A stretch of DNA of 64,000 nucleotides from Candidatus Omnitrophota bacterium (lineage in GTDB: Bacteria; Omnitrophota; Gorgyraeia; Gygaellales; Profunditerraquicolaceae): contig JAQTQQ010000004.1 in assembly GCA_028712175.1 (NCBI GenBank), forward strand, positions 2,180-66,179. The letters run 5' to 3'. The first letter of the stretch is position 1; each line of letters opens with the position of its first letter. Shown here in pieces: positions 39,356-51,155 of the stretch. Under the pieces are notes generated by a model, which did no database searches, was not told where the DNA came from, and saw nothing but the letters and a program-made list of their open reading frames with translations. Position numbers and translations under genes: made by a program.

Positions 39356-40114
39356 CTATCGCGACAAAGCTCTCAACCCTGCCTTTTCAATGAATGCTTC
39401 GATCTCTTCATTGTCTGGCTCCAGCTGCTGTGCATCCAGAGCCAGCTTAATTGCCAAAGCAAGATCCCCATCATTAAAACTTTGCCTGGCTTTCTTGAAA
39501 TAATCGCGGGCCTGCTCCTTATCTTCTTTGAACGTGGATTTTCTTACTGTAACATCTTCCATAAGATCGAGGACTTCTTCTTCTCGCTGATCAGCAAATA
39601 CGCTATCGCTTAGGACTGAACGGATATCTTTCAGCCGATTAGCTGCCTTCAGCGCCCAAGGATCATCCGGAGAACCTAAAGCTGACCTTTTAGCCCAATA
39701 AAACTCTGCTTTCTTTAAATTACGCTTATTTTCATAAAAAAATGCCAGGTTAGTATAGGCACTTAAATAAGCGGGGTCTATTTTTATCGCCCTTAAATAA
39801 TTCTCTTCAGCCTTATCAAGATCTCCTTGGGCTTCGTAAATAACCCCCAAATCATTATAAGCAACGGCATAATTAGGGTCTAAAGCAACTGCCTTCTGAT
39901 ACCACCCCTTGGCTTCGGATAAATTACCAATAGCTTGATGCCTAGCCCCTTCTTCTCTGTATTTATGGGCTTGCGATTCTAAAGTATAGGGATGGTCTTC
40001 AGCCGCTTTAGGCTTAACAGGAGCCCCTTTGGCAAAGAGCGAATCCGCAAAACAGAAAACGCATAATATTGTAGCTATGATAATTAAGTATTTGGGCAGG
40101 ATATCTCTATTCAT
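39356..40114 (-). CDS. Secreted TPR-repeat protein
   Basis: A signal peptide / N-terminal TM segment followed by multiple TPR units. Confidence 0.7.
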   Translation of the reverse strand: MNRDILPKYLIIIATILCVFCFADSLFAKGAPVKPKAAEDHPYTLESQAHKYREEGARHQAIGNLSEAKGWYQKAVALDPNYAVAYNDLGVIYEAQGDLDKAEENYLRAIKIDPAYLSAYTNLAFFYENKRNLKKAEFYWAKRSALGSPDDPWALKAANRLKDIRSVLSDSVFADQREEEVLDLMEDVTVRKSTFKEDKEQARDYFKKARQSFNDGDLALAIKLALDAQQLEPDNEEIEAFIEKAGLRALSR

Positions 40115-40124
40115 TTATGAAAAT

Positions 40125-40153
40125 ATTATACACATTTAAAACATAGACGTCAA
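40125..40153 (-). promoter_or_regulatory. Sigma70-type promoter TTGACG-17nt-TATAAT, near-leaderless
   Basis: On the minus strand, TTGACG (40153-40148), a 17-nt spacer, then TATAAT (40130-40125). The ATG is 10 nt after the -10. Confidence 0.55.
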
Positions 40154-40159
40154 GAAAAA

Positions 40160-42721
40160 TTAAATAATCGGATCCATGGTCAATGCCGGATGGGCCACTT
40201 TATGCAAAAAGACTAAAAGCTCTTCGGAGCTTGTCGCAACCGCCTCATCGGCAATCTTATCCAATAAGTCCGGCTGATTAATTTCGTTTGCCCTTTCCTT
40301 TAGCTTATCGCCTAAAATGTTTTTTAATTCTTTAGGCATCCAGACGACCCTGGCCAACCCGCCTTCAGCTGAAATAAATTTCCTGCTTAAAATATATAAT
40401 TTGCCCACCCCTAAAAATCCGGGCGTCTGCACGCCCCCCCCGACTGAACCGGCTAAAGTAGTAAAGCTCATTCCTGAAGGAGTCATGCCGGAATAATCCC
40501 GATGCACTATCATTACCCCGTTAGCTTCAGGGATAATCGCCACTATGCATTCAAAGCATCCGCAGGAAGACTGCGGCCCGTCCATCATCGAATAGATACT
40601 GACTGCCTCAATAGTATGATTGGATTTCTGCTCAACAAACTCGTTTACATTATCCCATTGGCCGAGCCTTGCATCCAAAAGATTTCCTTTGAGAACAGGC
40701 TGATTCGGCCCGGTAGGCGTAATTTCAAAAGAAGCCTTGGCGTCAAGCCAGGAATATGCACCACATAACCCTAAACGCTCCGGAGTAACAATACAAACAT
40801 GATTCGGCGCAAAAGACTGACAGAGCAGGCAAGAATAAAAAGTATCCACGCTTTCATCAGTCATTCCGGCAATCCTCTCATCACGCTCATTATATGCTTT
40901 TTGCGCAGCCAGCGAAAGCTTCTGGACATCCTCTTGGTTCGTATAAAGCTTAACCTGAATTTTATCCACAATAGCGCTATATTCCTGATGCAACATAGCA
41001 TGCAAAATTACCCCTAGATGCCTAAGCCGAAAACCTTTATTAAAAGCATCTTTTGAAATCCGAATCCAAACCATATCGCGTTGCCCCATATGCATAAGCC
41101 CCATTGCATAATTTATAAAACGATGGATCTGGCGCTCTAATATCGGTTCAAAATCTCTTTGCATTTTGCGCCCAAAAACACTGACCATAATTGCCAAAGG
41201 CAGTGATTTAGCATCTTGGCTTAATTGATCTATATCACGGCCGATTAATTCCACTCTTCCGTCGCTAACATTTGCCTCATCCTCAATGGACAAAAGTTCG
41301 ACAGCCGCGCTTGCCTTGCCTCCGAACTCAACAGCCAGCTGCTCCTTACGCACACGCTCACCTTCAAATGCTGCGGCATAAGGCACAGGGACTGCAACTT
41401 CAGAGATCTTAGCTTTAATTCCCCGCGTCAGGATACACTTAGAAGGAAGCTTCTCGTAATCTTTTTCCGTAACCAAAGCTTCAAATAATGTGGTATCTAT
41501 TTTAGCTAACTGCGGAAGATCTAAATCGGAGATTATTGGCAGTCCAAAAGCAAGGGCGCCTAAACCGGTCGCTACCAAAAGCTCATCAACATGGCTAAGC
41601 AGGAGCACAAACGCAGGCACCCGGTCGCGGACATAATCCGCAGCCTTTTCCCATTGACCCGGCTTAATCCCTCCGTAAATCAATGGCGCGCGTACTGCAA
41701 AATTTATGGCGTAAATAGCAGAAAGATAATCATCGCCTAAAGGAACAATATAATTTTCTAACCCTATCCCTATACCCTTATTTTCAAGTTGCTGCCTAAA
41801 ACTTCTGTCACCCGCACTTCCTGCCAGCAGACTGACAATGCCCTTAGACTGAAAACTACGGATGAGATACAGGGCCGTTTTTTCATCTTTAGCCGGGCCC
41901 AAAATTACAGCAATCCCGGATATCCTGCCGTCAACTAATTGCAGGCCGAGTGAACGCAGAATTTTATCCGGAAGAAAACCCAGCCCTTCTTTAGGGTGCT
42001 GGTGATTTAATACCGCTAACGCGGCTAAGATCTCCTCGCAAATCAAAGTGCCAATACCTTTATTTAGCATGCCGGCTAAAGAATTAACCGTAAGCCCGCC
42101 GGAAGCTGCCTTATTATTAACTAAACCTTCAGCTTGATAAAAAACATCCGAGCAATCTTTAAGTGTTTTTACTTCAACATTCAGAAGCGCATTAATTAAA
42201 GGCAGGTAATAATTTGTTTCGCCAAATTCAATCTTGGCACTTTCGCCATTTTGGGCTATTGCGCTATCCAAAGCTTGCCGCGTAAAGAGCAATGCGCTAT
42301 CGGCGCCCTTTGTCCCAAGCTCTATTAATAATTTATCCAAACCTTCGCTCACAGTTTTCTTTTTAAGGTTACCGGCTATTTCTTTATCAATAAAAATAAC
42401 CAGGCAGGCGCCGATGGCCTTACCATCCTTTAATTTAACCGCCTCTGCCCTGCCTTCGCCGACAATCTCCTTGATCTGACTATTGATAACTTCAATATCT
42501 TCGGGCAATTCTGCGGTAATTTGGTCTTTGATTAAAAGCTTAAGGCCGACTTTGTATTTTTCATGAATTAATCTAGCTAAGTCAATTGCTGACTCCGCCG
42601 GACCCTCAATACAAACAGTATCATTGATAAGATAATCCTCTAACTTTTTAAAATCATCATCGGAACTTATTAAAATTACCCCTTTTTTCCTGGCCCCGGG
42701 TATCTGCGGTAAATTCCCCAT
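40160..42721 (-). CDS. acsB: Acetyl-CoA synthase (CODH/ACS A-cluster subunit AcsB/CdhC-type) with a roughly 110-aa N-terminal extension
   Basis: A-cluster ligand pattern CxxCx8Cx9C followed by the bridging C-G-C (SSCGCFE). Similarity to Moorella-type AcsB runs along the full length. Confidence 0.85.
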   Translation of the reverse strand: MGNLPQIPGARKKGVILISSDDDFKKLEDYLINDTVCIEGPAESAIDLARLIHEKYKVGLKLLIKDQITAELPEDIEVINSQIKEIVGEGRAEAVKLKDGKAIGACLVIFIDKEIAGNLKKKTVSEGLDKLLIELGTKGADSALLFTRQALDSAIAQNGESAKIEFGETNYYLPLINALLNVEVKTLKDCSDVFYQAEGLVNNKAASGGLTVNSLAGMLNKGIGTLICEEILAALAVLNHQHPKEGLGFLPDKILRSLGLQLVDGRISGIAVILGPAKDEKTALYLIRSFQSKGIVSLLAGSAGDRSFRQQLENKGIGIGLENYIVPLGDDYLSAIYAINFAVRAPLIYGGIKPGQWEKAADYVRDRVPAFVLLLSHVDELLVATGLGALAFGLPIISDLDLPQLAKIDTTLFEALVTEKDYEKLPSKCILTRGIKAKISEVAVPVPYAAAFEGERVRKEQLAVEFGGKASAAVELLSIEDEANVSDGRVELIGRDIDQLSQDAKSLPLAIMVSVFGRKMQRDFEPILERQIHRFINYAMGLMHMGQRDMVWIRISKDAFNKGFRLRHLGVILHAMLHQEYSAIVDKIQVKLYTNQEDVQKLSLAAQKAYNERDERIAGMTDESVDTFYSCLLCQSFAPNHVCIVTPERLGLCGAYSWLDAKASFEITPTGPNQPVLKGNLLDARLGQWDNVNEFVEQKSNHTIEAVSIYSMMDGPQSSCGCFECIVAIIPEANGVMIVHRDYSGMTPSGMSFTTLAGSVGGGVQTPGFLGVGKLYILSRKFISAEGGLARVVWMPKELKNILGDKLKERANEINQPDLLDKIADEAVATSSEELLVFLHKVAHPALTMDPII

Positions 42722-43591
42722 TTATAACCCGCTTGCCTCTAGAACCGCAGGCACCAGTTTATTCCAGCCGATTGGCATAATATGAACCCCTTGGCAATAA
42801 GGTTTTAATTTCTTAATCAAAGAGCTGGCAATTTCTATAGAAGTAGCTGCCTTATCCTTACTCTCCTGCATTTCTTTAATTAAATTATCCGGGACAAAAA
42901 TTCCTGCTACATTTTTATTCATAAAATTAGCCATAGCCGAAGATTTTAATAAAACAATACCTGCTATAACCGGAATTTTAATATGCTTAATCTTAGAAAT
43001 AAAATTATCAAAAATTTTTTCGTCAAAAATAGCCTGTGTTTGAAAAAATTCAGCCCCTGCGGCTATTTTTTTCTCCATTTTCATAATCTGAGGTTCCAGC
43101 GGCTCTGAATTAGGATTGACTACTGCGCCAAGGCAGAATTTAGGGAATATGCCCGCCAATTTATTTCCGTTCATGTCCTGGCCGGTTTCTAGTTTTCTGG
43201 CAACTTGGAGTAACTGAACCGAGTCCAAATCGAAAACCGGTTTTGCCTGCGGATGGTCTCCTTTAATCGGATGGTCGCCGGTAGTAATCAATATATTTTC
43301 CAATCCTAATGCGGCGGCAGAAAGCAAATCTGACTGCAGGGCAAGCCGGTTGCGGTCACGGCAGGTAAGCTGATAAATCGATTCAAAACCTTTTTGCTTA
43401 AGCAGATAACTCACCGCCAAAGACCCTAAACGCATTACTGAACTTTGTAAATCCGTAACGTTAATCGCATCTACTTTTGCGCGAATAAGCTCAGCCTCAT
43501 CCAGTAATTTCTTTACTTCGATCCCCTTATCCGGGCCGCTCTCCGAAGTAATTATAAATTTCCCTGACTGTATTTTTTCTTTAAATATCAT
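42722..43591 (-). CDS. metF: 5,10-methylenetetrahydrofolate reductase
   Basis: 289 aa MTHFR TIM barrel, adjacent to acsB. Confidence 0.8.
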   Translation of the reverse strand: MIFKEKIQSGKFIITSESGPDKGIEVKKLLDEAELIRAKVDAINVTDLQSSVMRLGSLAVSYLLKQKGFESIYQLTCRDRNRLALQSDLLSAAALGLENILITTGDHPIKGDHPQAKPVFDLDSVQLLQVARKLETGQDMNGNKLAGIFPKFCLGAVVNPNSEPLEPQIMKMEKKIAAGAEFFQTQAIFDEKIFDNFISKIKHIKIPVIAGIVLLKSSAMANFMNKNVAGIFVPDNLIKEMQESKDKAATSIEIASSLIKKLKPYCQGVHIMPIGWNKLVPAVLEASGL

Positions 43592-43605
43592 GTTTTCTTA
43601 GATTA

Positions 43606-43690
43606 AGGGTTGATAACCTATGGGCGATGGCCGAGAAAACCGAAGGTTTTATGAACTTTGCCTATAGTCTTTCGACCAATAAATTATTCC
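43606..43690. repeat. Modular intergenic palindromic repeat, copy E (inverted orientation)
   Basis: The reverse complement ggtcgaaagactatagg matches the copy B/C/D modules. There is also an aaaacc-gaa-ggtttt hairpin at 43636-43650. Confidence 0.55.
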
Positions 43691-43777
43691 AGAATTCCGG
43701 TTTCTATAGCAAACTTTGCGCTAACATCTAACAACCTAAATAACTATAAACAATCTTATTGACTCGAAACGTAAAGC

Positions 43778-44620
43778 TTATTGTTGAAGTTTAGCTGCCT
43801 CGACTAGGTTACGCATCAAGATAACTACCGTAAGCGGACCCACCCCTCCCGGAACAGGAGTGATATAGCTAGCGCGTTTTTCTGCTGCTTGAAACCCCAC
43901 ATCACCGACAATTTTACCGTTAGCACGATTTATTCCCACATCCACTACAATAGCGCCTTTCTTAATCCATTCACCATTAATTATACCGGCCTGTCCTACG
44001 GCCGAAATAAGCAAATCTGCTTTGCGCACATGCTCTTTCAGTTTTCCTGCTTTGCTTGTCCCGATATGACAAATAGTAACGGTGGCCAGTCTTTCCAATA
44101 AAAGCAAGGCAAGAGGCTTACCCACAATCTCGCTAGAACCAACCACTACCGTTTCTTTGCCGCACAAGTCTATGCCTGTTGAATTCAATAACTCCATTAC
44201 CGCGCTGGCCGTACAAGTAGCGGCCCGGTTATTGCCGAAAATCACATGCCCCATATTTAAAGGATGCATCCCTTCCGCATCCTTTTGCGCAGAAATTACT
44301 TCGCTTATTTTTCTATAATCCATCTGGGGACCAAGCGGCGTTTGCACAATAATTCCGTTAACAGTTTTATCTGCATTAAGCTTGTTGATGAGATCTATTA
44401 ATACATTCTCGGTAATATTGTCGTTTAACTTATACAGCCTATAGGCTATGCCGAGGCTTGCTGCGGTTTTTTCCTGAGAAGATACATAGCTGGCTGCGCC
44501 AAGATTATTCCCGACTAATATGCTGGCAAGCACCGGGGCCTGTTTTAAATTTTGTACGCTAAGCCTGATCGCTTCTTTTATTTTTTCAGCTACGGGTTTA
44601 CCTTCTAGTAATTTTGCCAA
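43778..44620 (-). CDS. folD: Bifunctional methylene-THF dehydrogenase / methenyl-THF cyclohydrolase
   Basis: 280 aa FolD. Confidence 0.92.
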   Translation of the reverse strand: MAKLLEGKPVAEKIKEAIRLSVQNLKQAPVLASILVGNNLGAASYVSSQEKTAASLGIAYRLYKLNDNITENVLIDLINKLNADKTVNGIIVQTPLGPQMDYRKISEVISAQKDAEGMHPLNMGHVIFGNNRAATCTASAVMELLNSTGIDLCGKETVVVGSSEIVGKPLALLLLERLATVTICHIGTSKAGKLKEHVRKADLLISAVGQAGIINGEWIKKGAIVVDVGINRANGKIVGDVGFQAAEKRASYITPVPGGVGPLTVVILMRNLVEAAKLQQ

Positions 44621-45161
44621 AGCCGTCCTCCGTATTTTTACGGATCCTTTTAATAATCTTATCCATCTGATTCAATTCTTTTTTTACACCTTGAGCTAAT
44701 TTTTTATCTCCCAGGCTCTGCAAATTTACCTCTACATTAAAACGTGCACAAACAAAAGCCGATTCCAACAAAACTGCTGCTGCCGCGACATCGCTTAACA
44801 AAGCCACATTACCCTTCTTAAGCAAAGGCGGGCATAATTTAGCTGCCCGGGCACAAAGGCGGCTAAGCATAAATGGCACATCCATTGCCTTTCTGATATC
44901 CCTGCTCTGATAGGCCTCTACATCCAAATCCACCAAATCAAGGAAATCATTCTTTAATTGCTCGGATTCAACCAAAACATCTTTTAACTCGGCTTCAAAC
45001 ACAGCATACTTGAGCTTACCTAAGGTAAAGTTGACAACCATGCTGATAAGGCTTGCGGCCATTGCCGCGTTTAAAGCTGCGGCAGAACCGCCTCCGGGAG
45101 CAGGAAGCCTTGCAGAAAGATCATCCAGGTATTTAGCCAGACTTTGAGTTTTATATTTCAT
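44598..45161 (-). CDS. fchA: Methenyltetrahydrofolate cyclohydrolase / formiminotransferase-cyclodeaminase domain protein
   Basis: PAPGGGSAAAL motif of the cyclodeaminase/FchA family. Confidence 0.75.
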   Translation of the reverse strand: MKYKTQSLAKYLDDLSARLPAPGGGSAAALNAAMAASLISMVVNFTLGKLKYAVFEAELKDVLVESEQLKNDFLDLVDLDVEAYQSRDIRKAMDVPFMLSRLCARAAKLCPPLLKKGNVALLSDVAAAAVLLESAFVCARFNVEVNLQSLGDKKLAQGVKKELNQMDKIIKRIRKNTEDGFGKITRR

Positions 45162-45165
45162 GGTT

Positions 45166-45546
45166 TTAAATTGTAAGATTTTCGTTTAATTCAAAGGCAT
45201 TTTTTATTAAGGATACCTCGGCTTTATTATTCCTATATAAAATTGATAATACATCAAAACGAGCCGGATGCTTCAAAAGATTATTAAGCTTCAAATAACA
45301 AACAGCTGCTTTTGCAATATTGCTCTGCTTCTTAAATGAAACGGCCTCAGATGGTTCACCTAGACAAAGAGAATGCCTGCCTTTGACCTCCACAAAACAG
45401 ATTGACTCTTTATCCCTTGCAATTATATCAATTTCCCCAAACCTGGTCCTATAATTTATTTGGAGGATTTTATAGCCTTGTGATCTTAAAAATTCTGCCG
45501 CTTCTTTCTCGCTGGCCTTTCCGAATTCTATGTGTTCTCCAGGCAC
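45166..45546 (-). CDS. yraN: YraN-family (UPF0102) endonuclease
   Basis: 126 aa with a PD-(D/E)XK-like core (GEIDIIA...VEVK). Confidence 0.75.
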   Translation of the reverse strand: MPGEHIEFGKASEKEAAEFLRSQGYKILQINYRTRFGEIDIIARDKESICFVEVKGRHSLCLGEPSEAVSFKKQSNIAKAAVCYLKLNNLLKHPARFDVLSILYRNNKAEVSLIKNAFELNENLTI

Positions 45547-46142
45547 CTTAAAAAGCTCTTTCTATGAATTCCCAAAGCCCCCATTTCTTTTAAAGCATTG
45601 CGATGCTCTTCTGTCGGGTATCCCTTGTGCCTGATAAAACCGTATTGCGGATAGATTTTATCATAAGCATCCATAATTTTATCCCTGTGTACTTTGGCGA
45701 CTATGGAAGCTGCGGCAATACTCAAAGACTTGCCGTCTCCCCTGATAATACTCTGGTAAGGAAAATTCAACTTTAGGCGTAAATTACCGTCAATAAGCAC
45801 AAATACACGTTTTAACTCAGCAGGCTTCAGCTGTTTAGCAAGTTTAGCTACTGACTTTTGCATGGCTAAAATTGTAGCCTGCAGGATATTGATCCGGTCA
45901 ATCTGTTTATGGCTAACTTGAGTTACCGCGTATATGGATTTGTTTCTTATCTCGGAAAAAGCGTTTTTTCTTCTTAAAGGGGTTAATTTCTTGGAATCAT
46001 CAATACGATTATAAAAACTAAAACTATTCAGGAGTACCGCTGCGGCTACTACCGGCCCGGCTAACGGTCCTCTGCCGGCTTCATCTACTCCGATAACCAA
46101 ATCAAAACCTTTAATTTTTAGTTTTCTTTCGTATGCCAGCAC
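45528..46142 (-). CDS. rnhB: Ribonuclease HII
   Basis: 204 aa with the GVDEAGRGP motif. Confidence 0.9.
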   Translation of the reverse strand: MLAYERKLKIKGFDLVIGVDEAGRGPLAGPVVAAAVLLNSFSFYNRIDDSKKLTPLRRKNAFSEIRNKSIYAVTQVSHKQIDRINILQATILAMQKSVAKLAKQLKPAELKRVFVLIDGNLRLKLNFPYQSIIRGDGKSLSIAAASIVAKVHRDKIMDAYDKIYPQYGFIRHKGYPTEEHRNALKEMGALGIHRKSFLRCLENT

Positions 46143-46498
46143 TAACTTGATTGCTCTTCTCTGCTTTCTATCTTGGTTGCATGTTTTCCGACTTTGCTGC
46201 GCAAGTAATAAAGCTTAGACCGCTTGACCTTGCCGGAACGGATAAGTTCAATACGCTCGATAACCGGTGAATAAAGCGGGAATACACGCTCAATACCTTC
46301 GCCGAAGGAAACTTTTCTCACTGTAAAATTTATTTTGGTACCCGAGCCTTTTCTGGCAATCACTACACCCTCAAAAGGATGCAGGCGGAATTTATCTGGA
46401 CCTTCCGGGATCCTGGTGAGAACCTTTACGGTATCTCCGACATTAAAAGCAGGCATCTCTTTCTTGGTAAATCCTGCCTCGATTGATTTTATGTCCAT
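46142..46498 (-). CDS. rplS: 50S ribosomal protein L19
   Basis: 118 aa L19. Confidence 0.92.
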   Translation of the reverse strand: MDIKSIEAGFTKKEMPAFNVGDTVKVLTRIPEGPDKFRLHPFEGVVIARKGSGTKINFTVRKVSFGEGIERVFPLYSPVIERIELIRSGKVKRSKLYYLRSKVGKHATKIESREEQSS

Positions 46499-46562
46499 TG
46501 TTACTGCTCCTTTCTGTTGCTTTTACTTTTTGATTAATCCTAATCTTAAAACGATAAAATCT

Positions 46563-49344
<2,782 letters not shown>

Positions 49345-49360
49345 TTTTATAATTAAGACA

Positions 49361-49420
49361 TAGGAAAAAGAGGACGTTTCTATTTATTTTAAGTATCGGC
49401 TACGATAAATAGAAACGTCC
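49361..49420 (-). terminator. Rho-independent terminator (16-bp perfect inverted repeat plus T-run)
   Basis: ggacgtttctatttat (49372-49387) and ataaatagaaacgtcc (49405-49420) with a 17-nt loop. On the minus strand it is followed by TCTTTTTCC, and it sits between the GHL10 gene stop and the queA start. Confidence 0.6.
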
Positions 49421-49440
49421 CGATTTTACCTTTTCTAATT

Positions 49441-50628
49441 TTAATTTAGGTAGCCGATTATCTGATCGGTCAAATCATCAATAGAAAAGAATACCACTCC
49501 ATCGGCCAACAAATCAGTAACCATGCGGTATTGATTAAAAAACAGGTCAGGTTTATTTTTCATCAAAAATAATCCTATACCGATATAAACCTTGCCCTTA
49601 CCTCTGTGCCCAAGAGCAGATTTAACTATTCTCTTGGCAAATTGGTTATCTTTGGTGTATGCCATCAATACAACATAATCAATAAGACCGTCCTCAAGCC
49701 ACGCCGACCAATCTTGGAATGCATTAGCATATGCACGCTCAATTAAAGAGATGACTGCGCAAGAAACTAAAAGGTTCGGGGATTTTACCTTAACTAAACT
49801 TGCAATCTTACGCACCAATTCCGTAAGCTGCTGGCGCTTCCAATTATCCCAAGCTAAGTATTCATCTTCATTATTCAAGGTATCTAAACTATTTAACCCG
49901 GTCTTATCTTTAAAACGTTCCACGTTTTTTACCCCGTAACCATAAGTTAAGCCAAATTTATTAAATCTTGTCCCCGGGACAAACGGGACAGGCGAAGGGT
50001 AACGCAGGTAATCCAGGTGAATCCCGCTGATTAGCGGATAACGGTTAATAATTTCATTGATGATCGTCAGGATATATTCCTCTACCCTGGGATCTCCAGG
50101 CTCTAAAAATATCATATCCTCTCTTAAATAATATTTGTCTATTTCCATATTTGATGCAACTTTTGAAGGCCTTTGGTATTGATCGCGGGTTAAAATGGAA
50201 TTGCCGTATTTAGTTAAAATACTGGCCTTATCATTATTGCCCAAGCTTAAAACATTTACCCATGCAAAAACATTTATATTATTTTCCTGAGCCTCCCTCA
50301 ACAATAGGTCCAGCGTGTCTAAACCGGCGGCTTTAACCATCTGGTCATATTTGGACCTATCACAAATCTTAGAATCATAATAAGCATTACCTGATTGAAA
50401 AATTTGCAGATAAATCTCATTTATTTTCGCCTTCTTGCATGTTGCTATCAAGTTATGCACCCCTTCTTTTGAATAAAGCGTCTTTTTAGCAGAAAATACT
50501 GATACCCAAACACCGCGCCTGGGTTCGTTTTTTAAAGATGGGGTTTTATCTTCGGCCGACAAAGAATCAAACCCGAGCGAGCAAAGCAAAAATAAAACCA
50601 GTATTTTAAAAATAAACTTACTTTTCAT
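49441..50628 (-). CDS. Glycoside-hydrolase-like GHL10 (DUF187) family lipoprotein
   Basis: A signal peptide / lipobox-like N-terminus and a TIM-barrel-like DUF187 core (GVWV...EIYLQIF...). Confidence 0.6.
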   Translation of the reverse strand: MKSKFIFKILVLFLLCSLGFDSLSAEDKTPSLKNEPRRGVWVSVFSAKKTLYSKEGVHNLIATCKKAKINEIYLQIFQSGNAYYDSKICDRSKYDQMVKAAGLDTLDLLLREAQENNINVFAWVNVLSLGNNDKASILTKYGNSILTRDQYQRPSKVASNMEIDKYYLREDMIFLEPGDPRVEEYILTIINEIINRYPLISGIHLDYLRYPSPVPFVPGTRFNKFGLTYGYGVKNVERFKDKTGLNSLDTLNNEDEYLAWDNWKRQQLTELVRKIASLVKVKSPNLLVSCAVISLIERAYANAFQDWSAWLEDGLIDYVVLMAYTKDNQFAKRIVKSALGHRGKGKVYIGIGLFLMKNKPDLFFNQYRMVTDLLADGVVFFSIDDLTDQIIGYLN

Positions 50629-51143
50629 TTTTTAATGGAATATTTACAACCGCAATATTTCTGCCGATAAATTTTTAGCTCCTTGGCTTCTATTTGTGCC
50701 TGATTAAAACCAACGCGAAAATCCTCATAATAGAAATCCACGCCTGCTTCTCTGGCAACCTGGCCACCACAATCCTTAAGAAGCTCATGATCCTGATAAG
50801 GGCTGACTAATAAAGTGGTACTAAATGCTTTAAACCCGTTAGTTTTGGCAAACTCAGCTGTTTTCTTAAGGCGCAGCATAAAACAAATTGCGCAGCGTGC
50901 ATGCGGCCCCTGATTACAGGTGATTGCATGAAAATAATCCGCAGGCTCATAATCGGGGTATTCCACATCAATCTTTAAATGTTTGCCAACTACGCCTAAG
51001 GCCGATTTACGACGAATATATTCCTCTGACGGATAAATATTAGGGTTATAATAAAAACCCTTAATTCTAAATTTTTTCTTATTTAAACTGCTAAACGGAT
51101 AAATTAAGCAGGGTGCGCAACATATATGTAGTAGGATATCCAT
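50625..51143 (-). CDS. queH: Epoxyqueuosine reductase QueH (DUF208)
   Basis: CCAPC motif plus additional Cys/His ligands. It is near tgt and queA. Confidence 0.8.
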   Translation of the reverse strand: MDILLHICCAPCLIYPFSSLNKKKFRIKGFYYNPNIYPSEEYIRRKSALGVVGKHLKIDVEYPDYEPADYFHAITCNQGPHARCAICFMLRLKKTAEFAKTNGFKAFSTTLLVSPYQDHELLKDCGGQVAREAGVDFYYEDFRVGFNQAQIEAKELKIYRQKYCGCKYSIKK

Positions 51144-51155
51144 AAATTTAGAGGC

